From Felis catus (lineage: Eukaryota): 64,000 bases of DNA. Made by a program: the position numbers and the translations under genes. This document shows positions 62,715 through 64,000 of this stretch, in pieces. The first letter of the stretch is position 1. Every line of letters starts with the position of its first letter. Below the pieces are notes generated by a model. It was not told where the DNA came from. It ran no database searches and was given only the letters and a program-made list of their open reading frames with translations. The stretch covers positions 103,790,001 through 103,854,000 of the forward strand of contig NC_058373.1 in assembly GCF_018350175.1 (NCBI RefSeq). The letters run 5' to 3'.

Positions 62715-63489
62715 AAGAATGATTTGGGATTAGGTGAGCACAGAGGAATGTGGAGGATAGTCGAGCTGGAACAGAATAAAGGGAAGAAAGGCATAGAAGT
62801 AAAAATAAATATGACATAACTGAGATTATATTCAATTGGCTGAAGCATGGAGTATGTAGAAGCCATAATAAAAATGCCAGGAACTTTCTGTGAGAATGGT
62901 GAACCACTTCCATTTATGGAAATCTTTTTAGTTCTACTGAATGCCTGCTGTATGCCTTGTACTCTACAAAGCTCTTGGACAAAAGAGGACATCAAAGGTA
63001 GGCGATCTGGCCCCGAGACCTTTGACTTTCACCTATATTCACGTGAAACAGTGAACCGGTTAACCATACAAAGACAAAATATCAAAGTGAATGTTACTTG
63101 GGGTTCAAAAGTGGGGTCCAGAATGTGTAATTCCTGATGTGTGTTCATTCGTTTAAAAAAATCCATCCAACCAACATTTTTGAAGCAACCAGGATGTGCC
63201 AGGCACTGCCATTGAAGACACAGCCCCTTGGGTTGATCTGGATCCAACAGCCAACAACTGAGAGTTTGGCTCAGACCGAACCTCATCTAATTTAGACAAG
63301 AATGAAATGAAATACACTTCTCCAAAGTAAACCGTAATAAATCCATGATAGGTGCTCACTAAATATTCGTTGACCATGTGAATAAGTAATTATAATGAAG
63401 AAGTGTTATAAATTTCTATGATATTTTGAAACAACACATACACTAGGCATTTATACTGATGTCCAAAATCTAATCACAATGCGGACCCA

Positions 63490-63625
63490 CTATGAAGGCA
63501 GAGACCTGGCCTGTCTTGTTTACTGGAATAATCCCAGCTCCTAGCATGGAGCCCAGCACGGAGCTGGAGCTGGAGCACAGACTATATCTAGTGAATAAAT
63601 GTGGGGATAAATTAATAAACGAATG
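63490..63625 (+). mobile_element. L2 3' end
   Basis: ggcagagacctggcctgtcttgttt...cccagctcctagca...aataaatg. Confidence 0.65.
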
Positions 63626-64000
63626 CATTCTTGAAGCAAGTACTTTTACAGCGAGGTCGCTTTGGGTGGTGGCGTCCCTTGGGGGCATCCTTTGGGGGAT
63701 GCAGTTACCATTACAGCACATTAAGTACTCCTTCAGATTGTTCATGAGTACTTCTTGAAAATGCATTTTTAACTTTTCCTCACTTTAATTCCTTGCGAGT
63801 TCCAGATGTGCCAGTTGTTTCAATAGCTCTGAATACAAAGGGAGAAAATCATGTCCTGCTTCACCTTTGAAAGGCAACACATGAGGGCAACACGTGAAGA
63901 TGCAGGGCTTCTGTCTCCGGCCAGGGCCCAGGTGTGCATACCTGTGGTTGGCCTCAATGCCACTTGTACGTTTACCATCGTTCCTTCCTTTGAGAGCCCT

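Overview
Mammalian genomic DNA from a cat-like carnivore (abundant feliform CanSINEs). The window holds the complete OTX2 homeobox gene on the minus strand. Three coding exons (34186-34090, 33122/33098-32947, 31045-30425) give 297- or 289-aa isoforms via a tandem splice acceptor 24 nt apart. Also present are a proximal promoter, two distal non-coding exons near 39.0-39.3 kb, a probable intermediate first exon near 36.6-36.75 kb and a ~1 kb 3' UTR. Divergent plus-strand exon-like segments from ~40.8 kb fit the known antisense lncRNA OTX2-AS1/Otx2os1. The gene sits in a ~25 kb domain (22.3-47.5 kb) with six CpG-rich islands and no recognisable CanSINE. The flanks carry about 30 CanSINEs, L1/L2/MIR fragments, DNA-transposon fossils and an RPLP2 processed pseudogene. 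I cannot support a genuinely new biological system. The most unusual observations are: a SINE plus RPLP2 retrocopy inside one target-site duplication, with an ORF kept open by compensating frameshifts; a tail-to-tail SINE pair with a triplicated target site; a dimeric SINE; a 100-bp tandem duplication carrying a perfect 20-bp palindrome; and two possible OTX2 translational-control features (a 3-codon uORF and an in-frame upstream CTG). Repeat family names and comparisons with human or mouse are from recall, not database searches.
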